Virus record (IMG/VR): IMGVR_UViG_3300046779_000412
Coordinates: 1-32,172 of that record
Reading direction: 5' to 3' (one strand)
DNA: 32,172 nt
Source of the DNA: a virus
Taxonomy: Duplodnaviria; Caudoviricetes
A program made the position numbers and the translations under genes. Below, piece by piece: positions 1 through 8,469 of the stretch (positions within the stretch are counted from its first letter, which is position 1; every line of letters begins with the position of its first letter). The notes under the pieces are model-generated. The model saw nothing but the letters and a program-made list of their open reading frames with translations, had not been told where the DNA came from and did not search any database.

Positions 1-105
1 ACCATTCTTCAGTTGTTGGTTGAGAATTCTAATCTTAAACGAGAGATAGAAGAACTTAAACATGAAATTAAAGAAATGAAGTGGTGTCTTGAGGAGAAAG
101 ATTGA
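1..105 (+). CDS. 3' end of a hypothetical coiled-coil protein (truncated by window start)
   Basis: Frame 1 is open from base 1 (TILQLLVENSNLKREIEELKHEIKEMKWCLEEKD) to TGA 103-105, which overlaps the next ATG. Confidence 0.6.
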   Translation, partial: TILQLLVENSNLKREIEELKHEIKEMKWCLEEKD

Positions 106-356
106 TGACATTACCAAACGAAAGACGCATGGCTGTATTGAGGACAGAAGAATTCTTGAAAGATCTTTTGATCCCTGAAATTACACCACGTGTACCAAAG
201 GAAATTCGTCAGCGTGCATCTGCGTGTTTGCGTCACTTTCCTGGAGAATACCATATGGAAAAAGCAAAACAGATTGCACCAACAATTTTTGGTGAGTGGG
301 ACTCAGAATACACTGAACATTCACAATATTACTACGATACGGAGCGAAACAAATGA
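105..356 (+). CDS. Conserved hypothetical protein, BPSL0761-like
   Basis: MTLPNERRMAV..TEEFL..L...PRVPKEIRQRA..CLRHFP pattern. SD GAGGAG upstream; ATG at 105 is coupled to the upstream stop. Confidence 0.7.
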   Translation: MTLPNERRMAVLRTEEFLKDLLIPEITPRVPKEIRQRASACLRHFPGEYHMEKAKQIAPTIFGEWDSEYTEHSQYYYDTERNK

Positions 357-754
357 GCAAAGTGTTTACAGATGTGCATGTTTTTATGAAAGCATGTGAC
401 CACACAACACCATCACAACCAACTGAACCTAGTGTTCTGTCAGAATTGTATAAATCTCTGATTGAAGAGGAATATGCAGAGTTCCAAGAGGCAGTTTCCA
501 ACAATGATGACGCTGAACAGCTTGATGCATGCTTCGATATGATCTGGGTTATCGTCGCATATGCAAAAACACGTGGTTGGGACATTGATAGAGCGTGGGA
601 TGAGGGTGCAAAAAGCAATTTATACAAGATTGATCAGGTGACTGGACGTGTAATTCGACGTGAAGACGGAAAAATCTTGAAACCAAAGGACTGGGAACCC
701 CCAAATTTTGCAAAATTCACAAAAATTCCAGAAAAACCAGCAGGAATTCGTTGA
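353..754 (+). CDS. MazG-like / PRA-PH family all-alpha NTP pyrophosphohydrolase
   Basis: LIEEEYAEF...EQLDACFDMIWV acidic motif, plus SNLYK...RREDGKILKP..W.PP C-terminus. Confidence 0.85.
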   Translation: MSKVFTDVHVFMKACDHTTPSQPTEPSVLSELYKSLIEEEYAEFQEAVSNNDDAEQLDACFDMIWVIVAYAKTRGWDIDRAWDEGAKSNLYKIDQVTGRVIRREDGKILKPKDWEPPNFAKFTKIPEKPAGIR

Positions 755-779
755 CATTTATTGAAAAAACAGGTATAAT
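751..779 (+). promoter_or_regulatory. Consensus sigma70-type (early) promoter
   Basis: TTGACA (751-756), 17 bp, TATAAT (774-779). Confidence 0.85.
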
Positions 780-785
780 AACATT

Positions 786-1283
786 ATGATGAAACTTTAC
801 CTTGACATGGATGGTGTTATTTGCGATTTTGACAGCAAATTTGCAGAAATTTCACCAGAATTACCTGATAATCAGCGTTTTAGACATGCTGTCATGGATC
901 ATAAGATCTTTACATTGCTAAAACCCATGCCTGATGCCAAAGAATTGCTTGATTATGTCGCATGTTTGCGTCATATTGACATTCAAATTCTAACTTCTGT
1001 TGGAACTTTTGATGAAGAGCGTGGATATCAAGCAAAAATTCAAAAAAGAGCATGGTTAGATCGAAATAATATTTTCTATCAAGCAAATTTTGTTCGATGC
1101 AAACCAGAAAAGGCAAATTTCGCCAATGACATGTCCATTTTAATCGATGATTCTCCAGGATGCATCAAACCATTTGTTGCTAAAGGTGGACATGGCATTT
1201 TGCACACTGATACAAAAAGCACTATTGAAAAAATTGAGAATATTTTTAAAGAAATTGCTAAACTAAAGGCATATAGATCATGA
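786..1283 (+). CDS. HAD-superfamily 5'(3')-deoxyribonucleotidase (NT5C-like)
   Basis: LYLDMDGVICDF motif I, ILTS motif II, ILIDD motif IV. Confidence 0.85.
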   Translation: MMKLYLDMDGVICDFDSKFAEISPELPDNQRFRHAVMDHKIFTLLKPMPDAKELLDYVACLRHIDIQILTSVGTFDEERGYQAKIQKRAWLDRNNIFYQANFVRCKPEKANFANDMSILIDDSPGCIKPFVAKGGHGILHTDTKSTIEKIENIFKEIAKLKAYRS

Positions 1284-1567
1284 TTGATATTTTTCGACCT
1301 ACATTTGAATGGATTCGTAATGACTGGCATAGTAATAAGTTTCGTTTTATTGTTGAGTTGTTTGCTTGGGCTATCAGTATTGGTTGCTCGATCACAATGG
1401 CACTTACTGTTCCCAATCCACCTCTTTTGGTACTTTATCCTATTTGGATTACTGGTTGTGCTATGTATGCTTGGGCTGCTTATACTCGGAAATCTTTTGG
1501 CATGCTGGCTAACTACATGCTCTTGGTGACAATTGACACTGTTGGTTTAATTCGAATGGTTATCTAA
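1280..1567 (+). CDS. Small integral membrane protein (about 3 TM)
   Basis: Three hydrophobic segments; ATGA overlap with upstream gene. Confidence 0.7.
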   Translation: MIDIFRPTFEWIRNDWHSNKFRFIVELFAWAISIGCSITMALTVPNPPLLVLYPIWITGCAMYAWAAYTRKSFGMLANYMLLVTIDTVGLIRMVI

Positions 1568-1717
1568 ATGTGGCGTCTTTGGGCTAAAGCATTAGGAGAA
1601 AAAGCAAGTGAAGATAATGGTGAAGCAGACAAAGTTGCGCTGGTCAGAACTATTATTGTATTATCTTATTTTATTACTAATATTTTTATTATCGCTGGTG
1701 TTATAAGAAATTGGTAA
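1568..1717 (+). CDS. 49-aa membrane protein (not in ORF track)
   Basis: MWRLWAKALGEKASEDNGEADKVALVRTIIVLSYFITNIFIIAGVIRNW fills the gap exactly; resembles a small ORF common in T4-like aquatic phages. Confidence 0.75.
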   Translation: MWRLWAKALGEKASEDNGEADKVALVRTIIVLSYFITNIFIIAGVIRNW

Positions 1718-1721
1718 ACTG

Positions 1722-2336
1722 ATGAATATTTTTTATTTACACACAGACACAAAAGAATGTGCAAAACAACATCTTGACAAACACGTTGTTAAGATGATTT
1801 TAGAATATGCACAACTTCTTTCTACTGCTCATCGTCTTCTCGATGGCACAGAGTATGAAGGTCGCACTGTCAATGGTACTCGCAAAGCCATGCGCTGGTT
1901 GCTTAACGACGAGCGTGAAACAGGATTGTATATGGCATCGCATATGAAACACCCATCTGGTATTTGGTGTCGAGAAACTTCAGAAAATTATACTTGGTTG
2001 TATTCTTTATGGCGTGATCTGATGCGTGAATATACATTTCGATATGGTAGACATCATGTTGCTGAAAAATTGATTCCATATCTTGATAATATGCCGAATA
2101 ATATTAAAAGTGGTAAAATTACTGTAATGCCACAATGTATGCCAGACCAATACAAAGTTCCTGGAAACTCTATTCAAGCATATCATAATTATTACATTGG
2201 CGATAAACAGAGATTCGCTGTTTGGACCAATCGACCGATCCCAGAATGGTATGTGACTGCATATCGTGAACAGAATCATAAGGCAATTGCCATAAAAGAG
2301 TCAGATAAAGTTCGATTCAAGATGATTCCTGCATAA
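1722..2336 (+). CDS. Pyrimidine-dimer DNA glycosylase / endonuclease V-like protein
   Basis: MNIFYL...A..H.DKHVVKMILEYAQLLSTAH, HPSGIW.R, RYG..H, PQCMPD.YK, AY.NYY motifs. Confidence 0.75.
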   Translation: MNIFYLHTDTKECAKQHLDKHVVKMILEYAQLLSTAHRLLDGTEYEGRTVNGTRKAMRWLLNDERETGLYMASHMKHPSGIWCRETSENYTWLYSLWRDLMREYTFRYGRHHVAEKLIPYLDNMPNNIKSGKITVMPQCMPDQYKVPGNSIQAYHNYYIGDKQRFAVWTNRPIPEWYVTAYREQNHKAIAIKESDKVRFKMIPA

Positions 2337-2339
2337 ATA
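2334..2339 (+). promoter_or_regulatory. T4-type late promoter core (TAAATA)
   Basis: GCATAAATAC at a gene boundary, followed by SD AAGGAG and ATG 2359. Confidence 0.5.
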
Positions 2340-2358
2340 CAAATTATAAGGAGAACAT

Positions 2359-2607
2359 ATGCCGACATACTCGTTTCGAGATAAAGACACAGGTGTTACC
2401 CATGATAAATTTCTTAGTTTTTCTGGGAGAGATGAATATCTAAAACAAAATCCAAACTTAGAACAAGTTCATACATCTGCGCCAGCATTTACTGGCGATC
2501 ATATCAGTGCTGTTAAAAAGCATGACACAGGATTTAAGGAGGTGCTGCAACGAATCCACGAAAAAACTCCAGGAAGCCAATTAAATAAAACATCTAGTCA
2601 ATTATAA
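2359..2607 (+). CDS. FmdB-like small phage protein (cysteine-less variant)
   Basis: MPTYSFRDKDTG N-terminus and GFKEVLQRIHEKTPGS C-terminus, directly upstream of phoH; strong SD. Confidence 0.65.
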   Translation: MPTYSFRDKDTGVTHDKFLSFSGRDEYLKQNPNLEQVHTSAPAFTGDHISAVKKHDTGFKEVLQRIHEKTPGSQLNKTSSQL

Positions 2608-2621
2608 CTAAAGGAAGACTA

Positions 2622-3401
2622 ATGGCTCGCAAACCAGCAGCAACTAAACCTACAGAACATGAAGAATCTAATGATACAAGAGAAGTCGCCAGAAATAAAC
2701 AAATTAATAATTCTCTAAAAATTAGAATTGATGATCTTAAAACATTTGAGCCACTAACAGACAATCAGAGAAAGTTTTACGAAGCATATAAACGCCAAGA
2801 TTATTTTGTTGCATTACATGGAGTAGCTGGAACAGGTAAAACTTTTATTGCTCTTTATAAAGCACTAGAAGAGGTGCTTGATAAATCAAATCCATTTAAT
2901 AAAATTATTATAGTTCGAAGCGCAGTTCCTTCTCGTGAAGTTGGTCATCTTCCAGGTGACTTAGATGAGAAGACTGAAATCTATCGTCAACCATATCAAC
3001 AAATATGCCATACACTATTTGGCAGACCAGACGCATATCAAAGACTCGAAGAACAACATCATATTGAGTTTATCTCTACGTCGTTTATTCGTGGTATGTC
3101 TTTTGATGATGCTATTATTATTGTAGACGAAATGCAAAATTTGACGTATGAAGAGATTGACACAGTAATGACTCGAGTTGGTTATCGCTCAAAGATTATT
3201 TGGTGTGGTGACTATCGTCAGACTGATCTAAATAAAAGAAAGAACGACATGTCAGGTATTCTCAAATTTTTTGAGATCGCCCAGCATATGAAAGCATTTA
3301 CGAGAATTGAATTCACACCTGATGATATTGTTCGTTCGTCGCTGGTTAAGGACTATATCCTAGCCAAACTTAGATACGAAGATTTAGTGGAGACAAAATG
3401 A
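2622..3401 (+). CDS. phoH: PhoH-family ATPase
   Basis: GVAGTGKT Walker A, GHLPGDL.EK, FIRGMSF, IIVDEMQN, GDYRQTDL, DIVRS.LV. Confidence 0.95.
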   Translation: MARKPAATKPTEHEESNDTREVARNKQINNSLKIRIDDLKTFEPLTDNQRKFYEAYKRQDYFVALHGVAGTGKTFIALYKALEEVLDKSNPFNKIIIVRSAVPSREVGHLPGDLDEKTEIYRQPYQQICHTLFGRPDAYQRLEEQHHIEFISTSFIRGMSFDDAIIIVDEMQNLTYEEIDTVMTRVGYRSKIIWCGDYRQTDLNKRKNDMSGILKFFEIAQHMKAFTRIEFTPDDIVRSSLVKDYILAKLRYEDLVETK

Positions 3402-4021
3402 TTACAGGCGCACAATTTAAACACCTATTTCCAAGAGCACAAGATCCTGATTCATGGGCAGAATCTATGAATACAGTATTCCCAACTTATGAAATTAATA
3501 CACCACATCGTGTAGCTGCATTCTTAGCGCAGTGTGGGCATGAATCTGGTGGCTGGACAGTTTTTGAAGAAAACCTTAACTATTCTGCTCAGGGACTGTG
3601 TAGCATTTTTAAGAAATACTTTCCTACATTAGAGTCTGCTCAGCCATATGCACGAAAGCCAGAGATGATTGCTAACAGAGTTTATGCGAATCGTATGGGC
3701 AATGGCGATGAAGCATCTGGTGACGGATGGAAATTTCGTGGACGTGGACCAATCCAATTAACTGGATCTGCAAATTATAAAGCATTTGCTCAAGAGATGT
3801 TTGAAGATTGGGAGAATCTCTATAATAATCCTGATTGGGTTACAGCAGATCGTGATTTTGCATTAATGTCAGCAATTTGGTTCTGGAATAAAAACAAACT
3901 AAATCGTGAAGCTGATGCTGGCGATATTAAAACCATGACAAAAAAGATTAATGGTGGTTACATTGGTCTTGAAGATCGAATTAAACATTATGAAGAGGCA
4001 ATTCATTTATTGGTCGGATGA
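3398..4021 (+). CDS. GH19 (chitinase-like) endolysin
   Basis: AAFLAQCGHESGG, ENLNYS, IANRVYANRMGNG, FRGRGPIQLTG, TKKINGG.IGL.DR. Confidence 0.92.
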   Translation: MITGAQFKHLFPRAQDPDSWAESMNTVFPTYEINTPHRVAAFLAQCGHESGGWTVFEENLNYSAQGLCSIFKKYFPTLESAQPYARKPEMIANRVYANRMGNGDEASGDGWKFRGRGPIQLTGSANYKAFAQEMFEDWENLYNNPDWVTADRDFALMSAIWFWNKNKLNREADAGDIKTMTKKINGGYIGLEDRIKHYEEAIHLLVG

Positions 4022-4818
4022 TGGAAACTACTTACAGAACTATATTTGTGAGTGATGTTCATCTAGGCACACGTGATTCCCAAGCAGAAAAACTTAATAA
4101 CTTTCTAAAGCATAATACCTGCCAGACTTTGTATCTTGTTGGAGACATTATTGATGCATGGAAGATCCAACAAAATAAGTGGAGATGGAAGCAGAGTCAC
4201 ACGAATGTAGTTCGTAGAATTCTTGGTCATGCTAAACGTGGAACAAGAGTTGTATATGTTGCTGGGAATCATGATGAATTTTTAAGACCAATGATTCCAT
4301 ATGGGTTTTCTTTTGGATTGATAGAAATACAAAATCAAACAGAACACGTTGGGGCAGATGGAAAAAGATATCTGATTACACATGGCGATCTTTTTGATGG
4401 TATTACTCGCCTTGCTCCTTGGTTAGCATTTCTTGGTGATAAATTATATGATCTAGTCCTTGATTGGAATTCAAGATTTAATTGGATTCGTCATAAAATG
4501 GGATTTGGTTATTGGTCATTATCAAAATATTTAAAGCATAAAGTTAAAAAAGCATCTGACTTTATGTTTCAGTTTGAAAAAAATATTTCTGCATATTGTA
4601 AAAAGCGTGGATATGATGGTGTGATTTGTGGTCATATACATCATGCTGAAATTAAAGAAATTGATGGCATCGTTTATATGAACGATGGTGATTGGGTTGA
4701 ATCTTGCACTGCACTCGTTGAGCATCATGATGGTCGCTGGGAAATAGTCACTTGGACCAAGGAGAAAGACGATGTGGTTGTTAGTAATCCTTTGCGTAAA
4801 TCTGAACAATCCGAATGA
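4018..4818 (+). CDS. Calcineurin-like metallophosphoesterase, PlcP/LpxH2-like (often annotated UDP-2,3-diacylglucosamine hydrolase)
   Basis: SDVHLG, GDIID.W, GNHDE, HGDLFD, GHIHH, NDGDWVES. Confidence 0.9.
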   Translation: MMETTYRTIFVSDVHLGTRDSQAEKLNNFLKHNTCQTLYLVGDIIDAWKIQQNKWRWKQSHTNVVRRILGHAKRGTRVVYVAGNHDEFLRPMIPYGFSFGLIEIQNQTEHVGADGKRYLITHGDLFDGITRLAPWLAFLGDKLYDLVLDWNSRFNWIRHKMGFGYWSLSKYLKHKVKKASDFMFQFEKNISAYCKKRGYDGVICGHIHHAEIKEIDGIVYMNDGDWVESCTALVEHHDGRWEIVTWTKEKDDVVVSNPLRKSEQSE

Positions 4819-4984
4819 TATTCCAGGAAAGATTGTAGTTCCTTTTGATACAAAAGAAAAATGTGAAGCAGCAATAAATAATAGTTCCTTTTGGATTAAA
4901 TTTGATTCTTTCACAATTAAAGGAGAATGTCATGAAAGTCAAAAAGTTGACAAGAAAGATTTACGAAGCATGCGTAAAGCATGA
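4772..4984 (+). CDS. Small hypothetical protein with hydrophobic N-terminus
   Basis: SD AAGGAG upstream; MWLLVILCV...F.TKEKCE.A; overlaps both neighbours. Confidence 0.5.
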   Translation: MWLLVILCVNLNNPNDIPGKIVVPFDTKEKCEAAINNSSFWIKFDSFTIKGECHESQKVDKKDLRSMRKA

Positions 4985-5063
4985 TGGTAAAAAAGAAAAG
5001 AAGTTGTGGTTCAAAGCATTAAAGAAATCTTTAAAGCACAAGCACACTGAAGCGATTAAATGA
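4932..5063 (+). CDS. 43-aa highly basic protein (not in ORF track)
   Basis: SD AAGGAGA then MKVKKLTRKIYEACVKHDGKKEKKLWFKALKKSLKHKHTEAIK; the stop overlaps the GT2 start (ATGA). Confidence 0.6.
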   Translation: MKVKKLTRKIYEACVKHDGKKEKKLWFKALKKSLKHKHTEAIK

Positions 5064-5770
5064 AATTAGAAGACAAGATTACCATTGTCGTTCCATGCAA
5101 GAATGAAGAGAATTATATTTCTCATCTTTTAGACGCATTGAGAGAACAAAACATCGGCAACACTCGTATCATTATTGCCGATGCTTCTACTGATAACACA
5201 AGACAAGTTATCGAACAGACAAAAGGTAATCTTAATGTTGAGGTGATCGAAGGTGGTCCAGTTTCTATTGCAAAGAACAATGGAGCGAAACTTGTAACAA
5301 CACCATACATTCTATTCATTGATAGTGATGTTAGATTCTTTTCCCCAAATACTATTAAAGATGCCGTCACGTCTTTAGAATATTATAATTTAGATCTAGT
5401 TGGTTTATATGCCAAGTGTTATGATAATAGTATTCCAGCAAAAATTGGATTCTCTATATTCAATATAATTAATAGTATTATGCAGCATTTTATACCATTC
5501 GCTGTTGGTGCGTTCTTTTTAACTCGCAGAGATAAATTTGAAGAATTGGGTGGATTCCCCGCAAAATATGAAACTAGTGAAGATTTCTTTCTGTCCAAAA
5601 TGTATGATGTTAATAAATTTGCTTTGATTAAACATTATTTTGGACAAGACAGCAGAAGATTTCAAAAAATGGGTTACTTTGGTATGGCTTGGTATCTAAT
5701 TAAAAACTTTTGGAATCGTAACAATCAAAAATATTGGGACTCGATAGATTATTCTAAATACTGGAAATGA
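5060..5770 (+). CDS. Glycosyltransferase family 2
   Basis: IVVPCKNEE, IIADASTDNT, A.NNGA, LFIDSD (DxD), GGF...SED. Confidence 0.92.
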   Translation: MKLEDKITIVVPCKNEENYISHLLDALREQNIGNTRIIIADASTDNTRQVIEQTKGNLNVEVIEGGPVSIAKNNGAKLVTTPYILFIDSDVRFFSPNTIKDAVTSLEYYNLDLVGLYAKCYDNSIPAKIGFSIFNIINSIMQHFIPFAVGAFFLTRRDKFEELGGFPAKYETSEDFFLSKMYDVNKFALIKHYFGQDSRRFQKMGYFGMAWYLIKNFWNRNNQKYWDSIDYSKYWK

Positions 5771-6420
5771 AAAACTTTATACATCATGATATACCCAAAC
5801 TTGAACGTATCACCAACTCTGATGGTTCGAGACTATACGCAACCCCATCTGGTAAGTCCTATCCATCCGTCACAACGATTACAGGACAACTTAAAAAGAA
5901 AGCCATCATGGAATGGCGAGCTAGAGTCGGCGCAGAAGAGGCTAATAGAGTCTCTTCCAGAGCATCAAGTAGAGGTACAAGAATCCACTCCTTGTGTGAA
6001 GAATATTTGCTTGGAAACGATGCTAACCCAGATATATTTGATGCGGAGATGTTCCACTCAATTCGTGGACAATTAGACTGTATAAATAATATACATGCTC
6101 TAGAAACCCCATTATTTTCAGATTTTTTAGAAGTTGCTGGTACAGTAGATTGTATAGCAGAATTCGAGGGTAAGTTATCGGTTATAGACTTCAAAACTTC
6201 TAGTCGTCCAAAGTCTAGGGATGATATTCATGATTATTTTATGCAGACCGCTGCATACGCTGTAGCATTCGAAGAATTGACTAAAATCCCTGTTTCGAGA
6301 CTAGTTGTTATAATGGCTGTAGAGAACGATTCTCCATTAATTTTTAAAGAAAAACGAGATACATGGATAGATTCTTTTAGGGATTTGCGTCAGGATTACA
6401 AACGCCTAAATAATGTCTAG
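5767..6420 (+). CDS. PD-(D/E)XK exonuclease (MGME1/Cas4-like phage nuclease)
   Basis: YPSVTT, RGTRIH, AGTVDCIA, VIDFKTS, Q.AAYA. Confidence 0.9.
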   Translation: MKNFIHHDIPKLERITNSDGSRLYATPSGKSYPSVTTITGQLKKKAIMEWRARVGAEEANRVSSRASSRGTRIHSLCEEYLLGNDANPDIFDAEMFHSIRGQLDCINNIHALETPLFSDFLEVAGTVDCIAEFEGKLSVIDFKTSSRPKSRDDIHDYFMQTAAYAVAFEELTKIPVSRLVVIMAVENDSPLIFKEKRDTWIDSFRDLRQDYKRLNNV

Positions 6421-6429
6421 ACATAAATA
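6407..6429 (+). promoter_or_regulatory. Tandem late promoter cores upstream of the di-iron/Tct module
   Basis: TAAATA at 6407-6412 and 6424-6429, then SD GAAGGA and ATG 6462. Confidence 0.55.
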
Positions 6430-6461
6430 GTAAGTCTTATTAACATAAGAAGGATAACAAA

Positions 6462-7160
6462 ATGCAAGCTGCTCTATTCGTAGATCAATTAGAACAAGGT
6501 AATGAAGCAATGTTTCGTGCTTCAGAACTACAAGTTAAAGCATATTTCGATTCAAAACCATCAAAAGATGAGTTAATCGACCATTTTAAAGGTCGTATGG
6601 TTAATGAAAGAATGAACCTAATCGAGATCTCTGCTCAAATCGCTGCAGCACCTGCTGATGCAGATGTACAGTACCTAAATCTTCTTTCCAAACAAGCGCA
6701 AGACGAAGCCAAACATTTCCGCATGGTAAAAAATGTTATTGAGCATATTTCTGGTGAAACACTAGACGTAGCTGCAGCTGTTGAAGAGCATTCTAAGAAA
6801 TTAGATCAAAAGGGTGCTGCTCTTATCAAAAAATATGGCGCAGACAAAGACCCATTAATGTTAGCTGTTTATCAGTTAATCGCTGAAGGTCGTGCTGCTC
6901 GTAACTGGAAAATGATGTCTGAGTGCATCGAAGACCAGTTTATTGCTAAAACATACGCAAAGATTGCACGTGACGAAAAGTTCCACTCAAGTATTGGTCG
7001 TGCTGAACTTCTAAAACTATGTGACGATCCAGTTAATCAACAGAAGGTTATGGCTGTTGTTGACCAAATGCGTAAAGATCTATTCCTAATCACTTGTGCT
7101 AAATCTGGTATGAATGTAGAGAGCAAGAAGATTATGGAAGACGCTTATGGTCCACTATAA
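6462..7160 (+). CDS. Ferritin-like di-iron carboxylate protein, paralog 1
   Basis: E(RMN)...DEAKH...AEGRA...DEKFH: two DExxH motifs, each preceded by a helix Glu. Confidence 0.85.
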   Translation: MQAALFVDQLEQGNEAMFRASELQVKAYFDSKPSKDELIDHFKGRMVNERMNLIEISAQIAAAPADADVQYLNLLSKQAQDEAKHFRMVKNVIEHISGETLDVAAAVEEHSKKLDQKGAALIKKYGADKDPLMLAVYQLIAEGRAARNWKMMSECIEDQFIAKTYAKIARDEKFHSSIGRAELLKLCDDPVNQQKVMAVVDQMRKDLFLITCAKSGMNVESKKIMEDAYGPL

Positions 7161-7173
7161 TAAGGAATCAAAA

Positions 7174-7902
7174 ATGACTACAGGTAAACAGTTTGTAAAA
7201 GAGTTGCAAGAAAGTTTTGATACTCTATACGGTGTAGCAGACAAGACTACACGTGAGTATTTTGCTACTAATCCAAGCAAAGAGCAAATGCTCGCTTACT
7301 TTAAGATTCGCCTATTCAATGAGCGTTGGAACATGGTCGAATTGAGCCAAGCAGTTGCTAATCTTCCAGTTGACACTCCAATGGAAGAAGCACAAATGAT
7401 GGCAAAACAAGCATACGATGAAGCAAATCACTTCCGTATGGTTAAAGAAGTTCTTGATCACATCGCTGGTGAAGAAGTTTCTGTTGCTGAAATTAGCAAA
7501 ACTCATGGTAAGAAAATGCCATCTCAGGGTGCTTACATCCTAGACAAATACAATGCACAAGGTGACGAACTAGCATTATCTCTATATCAGTTCTTAGCTG
7601 AAGGTCGTGCTGCAGTTGTTTGGCAAGCAATGGCTGAGTCAATTCAGGATCCATATGTTGCTTCTCGTTATGCAAAGATTGCACGTGACGAAAAATTCCA
7701 TAGCAATATTGGTCGCCTAAAACTAGAAAAACTATGCGAATCTGTTGACAACCAAGAACGTGCTAAGAAATTAGTTCAGAACTTTATTTGGGATCTTTAT
7801 GAGAACACTTGCTTGTCTATTGCTCAAGTTTCTGAAGAAGGACGTGTTGCAATGAAGCATGCATATGGTCAACCAACTCGTGAGTTGTCAGTGGCTCTTT
7901 AA
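7174..7902 (+). CDS. Ferritin-like di-iron carboxylate protein, paralog 2
   Basis: E(RWN)...DEANH...AEGRA...DEKFH. Start moved to 7174 because SD TAAGGA precedes it. Confidence 0.85.
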   Translation: MTTGKQFVKELQESFDTLYGVADKTTREYFATNPSKEQMLAYFKIRLFNERWNMVELSQAVANLPVDTPMEEAQMMAKQAYDEANHFRMVKEVLDHIAGEEVSVAEISKTHGKKMPSQGAYILDKYNAQGDELALSLYQFLAEGRAAVVWQAMAESIQDPYVASRYAKIARDEKFHSNIGRLKLEKLCESVDNQERAKKLVQNFIWDLYENTCLSIAQVSEEGRVAMKHAYGQPTRELSVAL

Positions 7903-7917
7903 TATCATCATGTAGTT

Positions 7918-8469
7918 ATGAGAATTTTGATATCACAGAGGGAGGTCATTGTGCCTCCCTCATTTTTTACCTTTGATGCTTTGGAGCGTAGTTGGTATAC
8001 TTTGTTTAGTAAACACCAACTAATTCCTATTCCAAATATCTGCAAGATAGATGAATCTATCCAATATGATTGTTTAGTGCTAACTGGTGGTCCAGATAGT
8101 ATTGAACGACACATAACTGAAGATTTACATTTCAAACACGCACTCAATCAAAATAAGCCAATTGTTGGTATATGTCATGGTGCGTTTGCAGTTAATGATC
8201 TAACAGGTGGAAAGAATGGAAAAGTTGCAGGACATTGGCAAACTGACCATGCAATCTATATGGAAGATAAAGAATTTCTTGTGAATAGTTATCATGAACA
8301 GTCTATTGCAAATATTGGTCCAGAAATGGTTGTCGTTGCAACTGATGAAGAGTATAATATAGAAGCATTTAAACATAAGTCTAAACCAATTTTTGGAATT
8401 GTGTGGCATCCAGAAAGAATGAATGAACCAGTTTTACCATTGGAGGTTAGACAAATACTGGAGATTTGA
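7918..8469 (+). CDS. Class I glutamine amidotransferase / peptidase C26 (PuuD-like)
   Basis: LVLTGGPD, PIVGICHG (nucleophile Cys), VNSYHEQ, GIVWHPE (His-Glu). Confidence 0.9.
   Translation: MRILISQREVIVPPSFFTFDALERSWYTLFSKHQLIPIPNICKIDESIQYDCLVLTGGPDSIERHITEDLHFKHALNQNKPIVGICHGAFAVNDLTGGKNGKVAGHWQTDHAIYMEDKEFLVNSYHEQSIANIGPEMVVVATDEEYNIEAFKHKSKPIFGIVWHPERMNEPVLPLEVRQILEI

Noticed and set aside
181-627. 148-aa minus-strand ORF and other short alternative-frame ORFs in the track
   Set aside because: They overlap well-supported genes and lack SDs or motifs.
5767-6420. Cas4-like nuclease as part of a CRISPR system
   Set aside because: No repeat-spacer array or other cas genes were seen; this nuclease type is common in T4-like phages.
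6462-7902. Ribonucleotide reductase beta subunit or classical ferritin/Dps
   Set aside because: The proteins are too short for NrdB and lack its recognisable motifs, no NrdA is adjacent, and they are longer than storage ferritins with a different motif layout.
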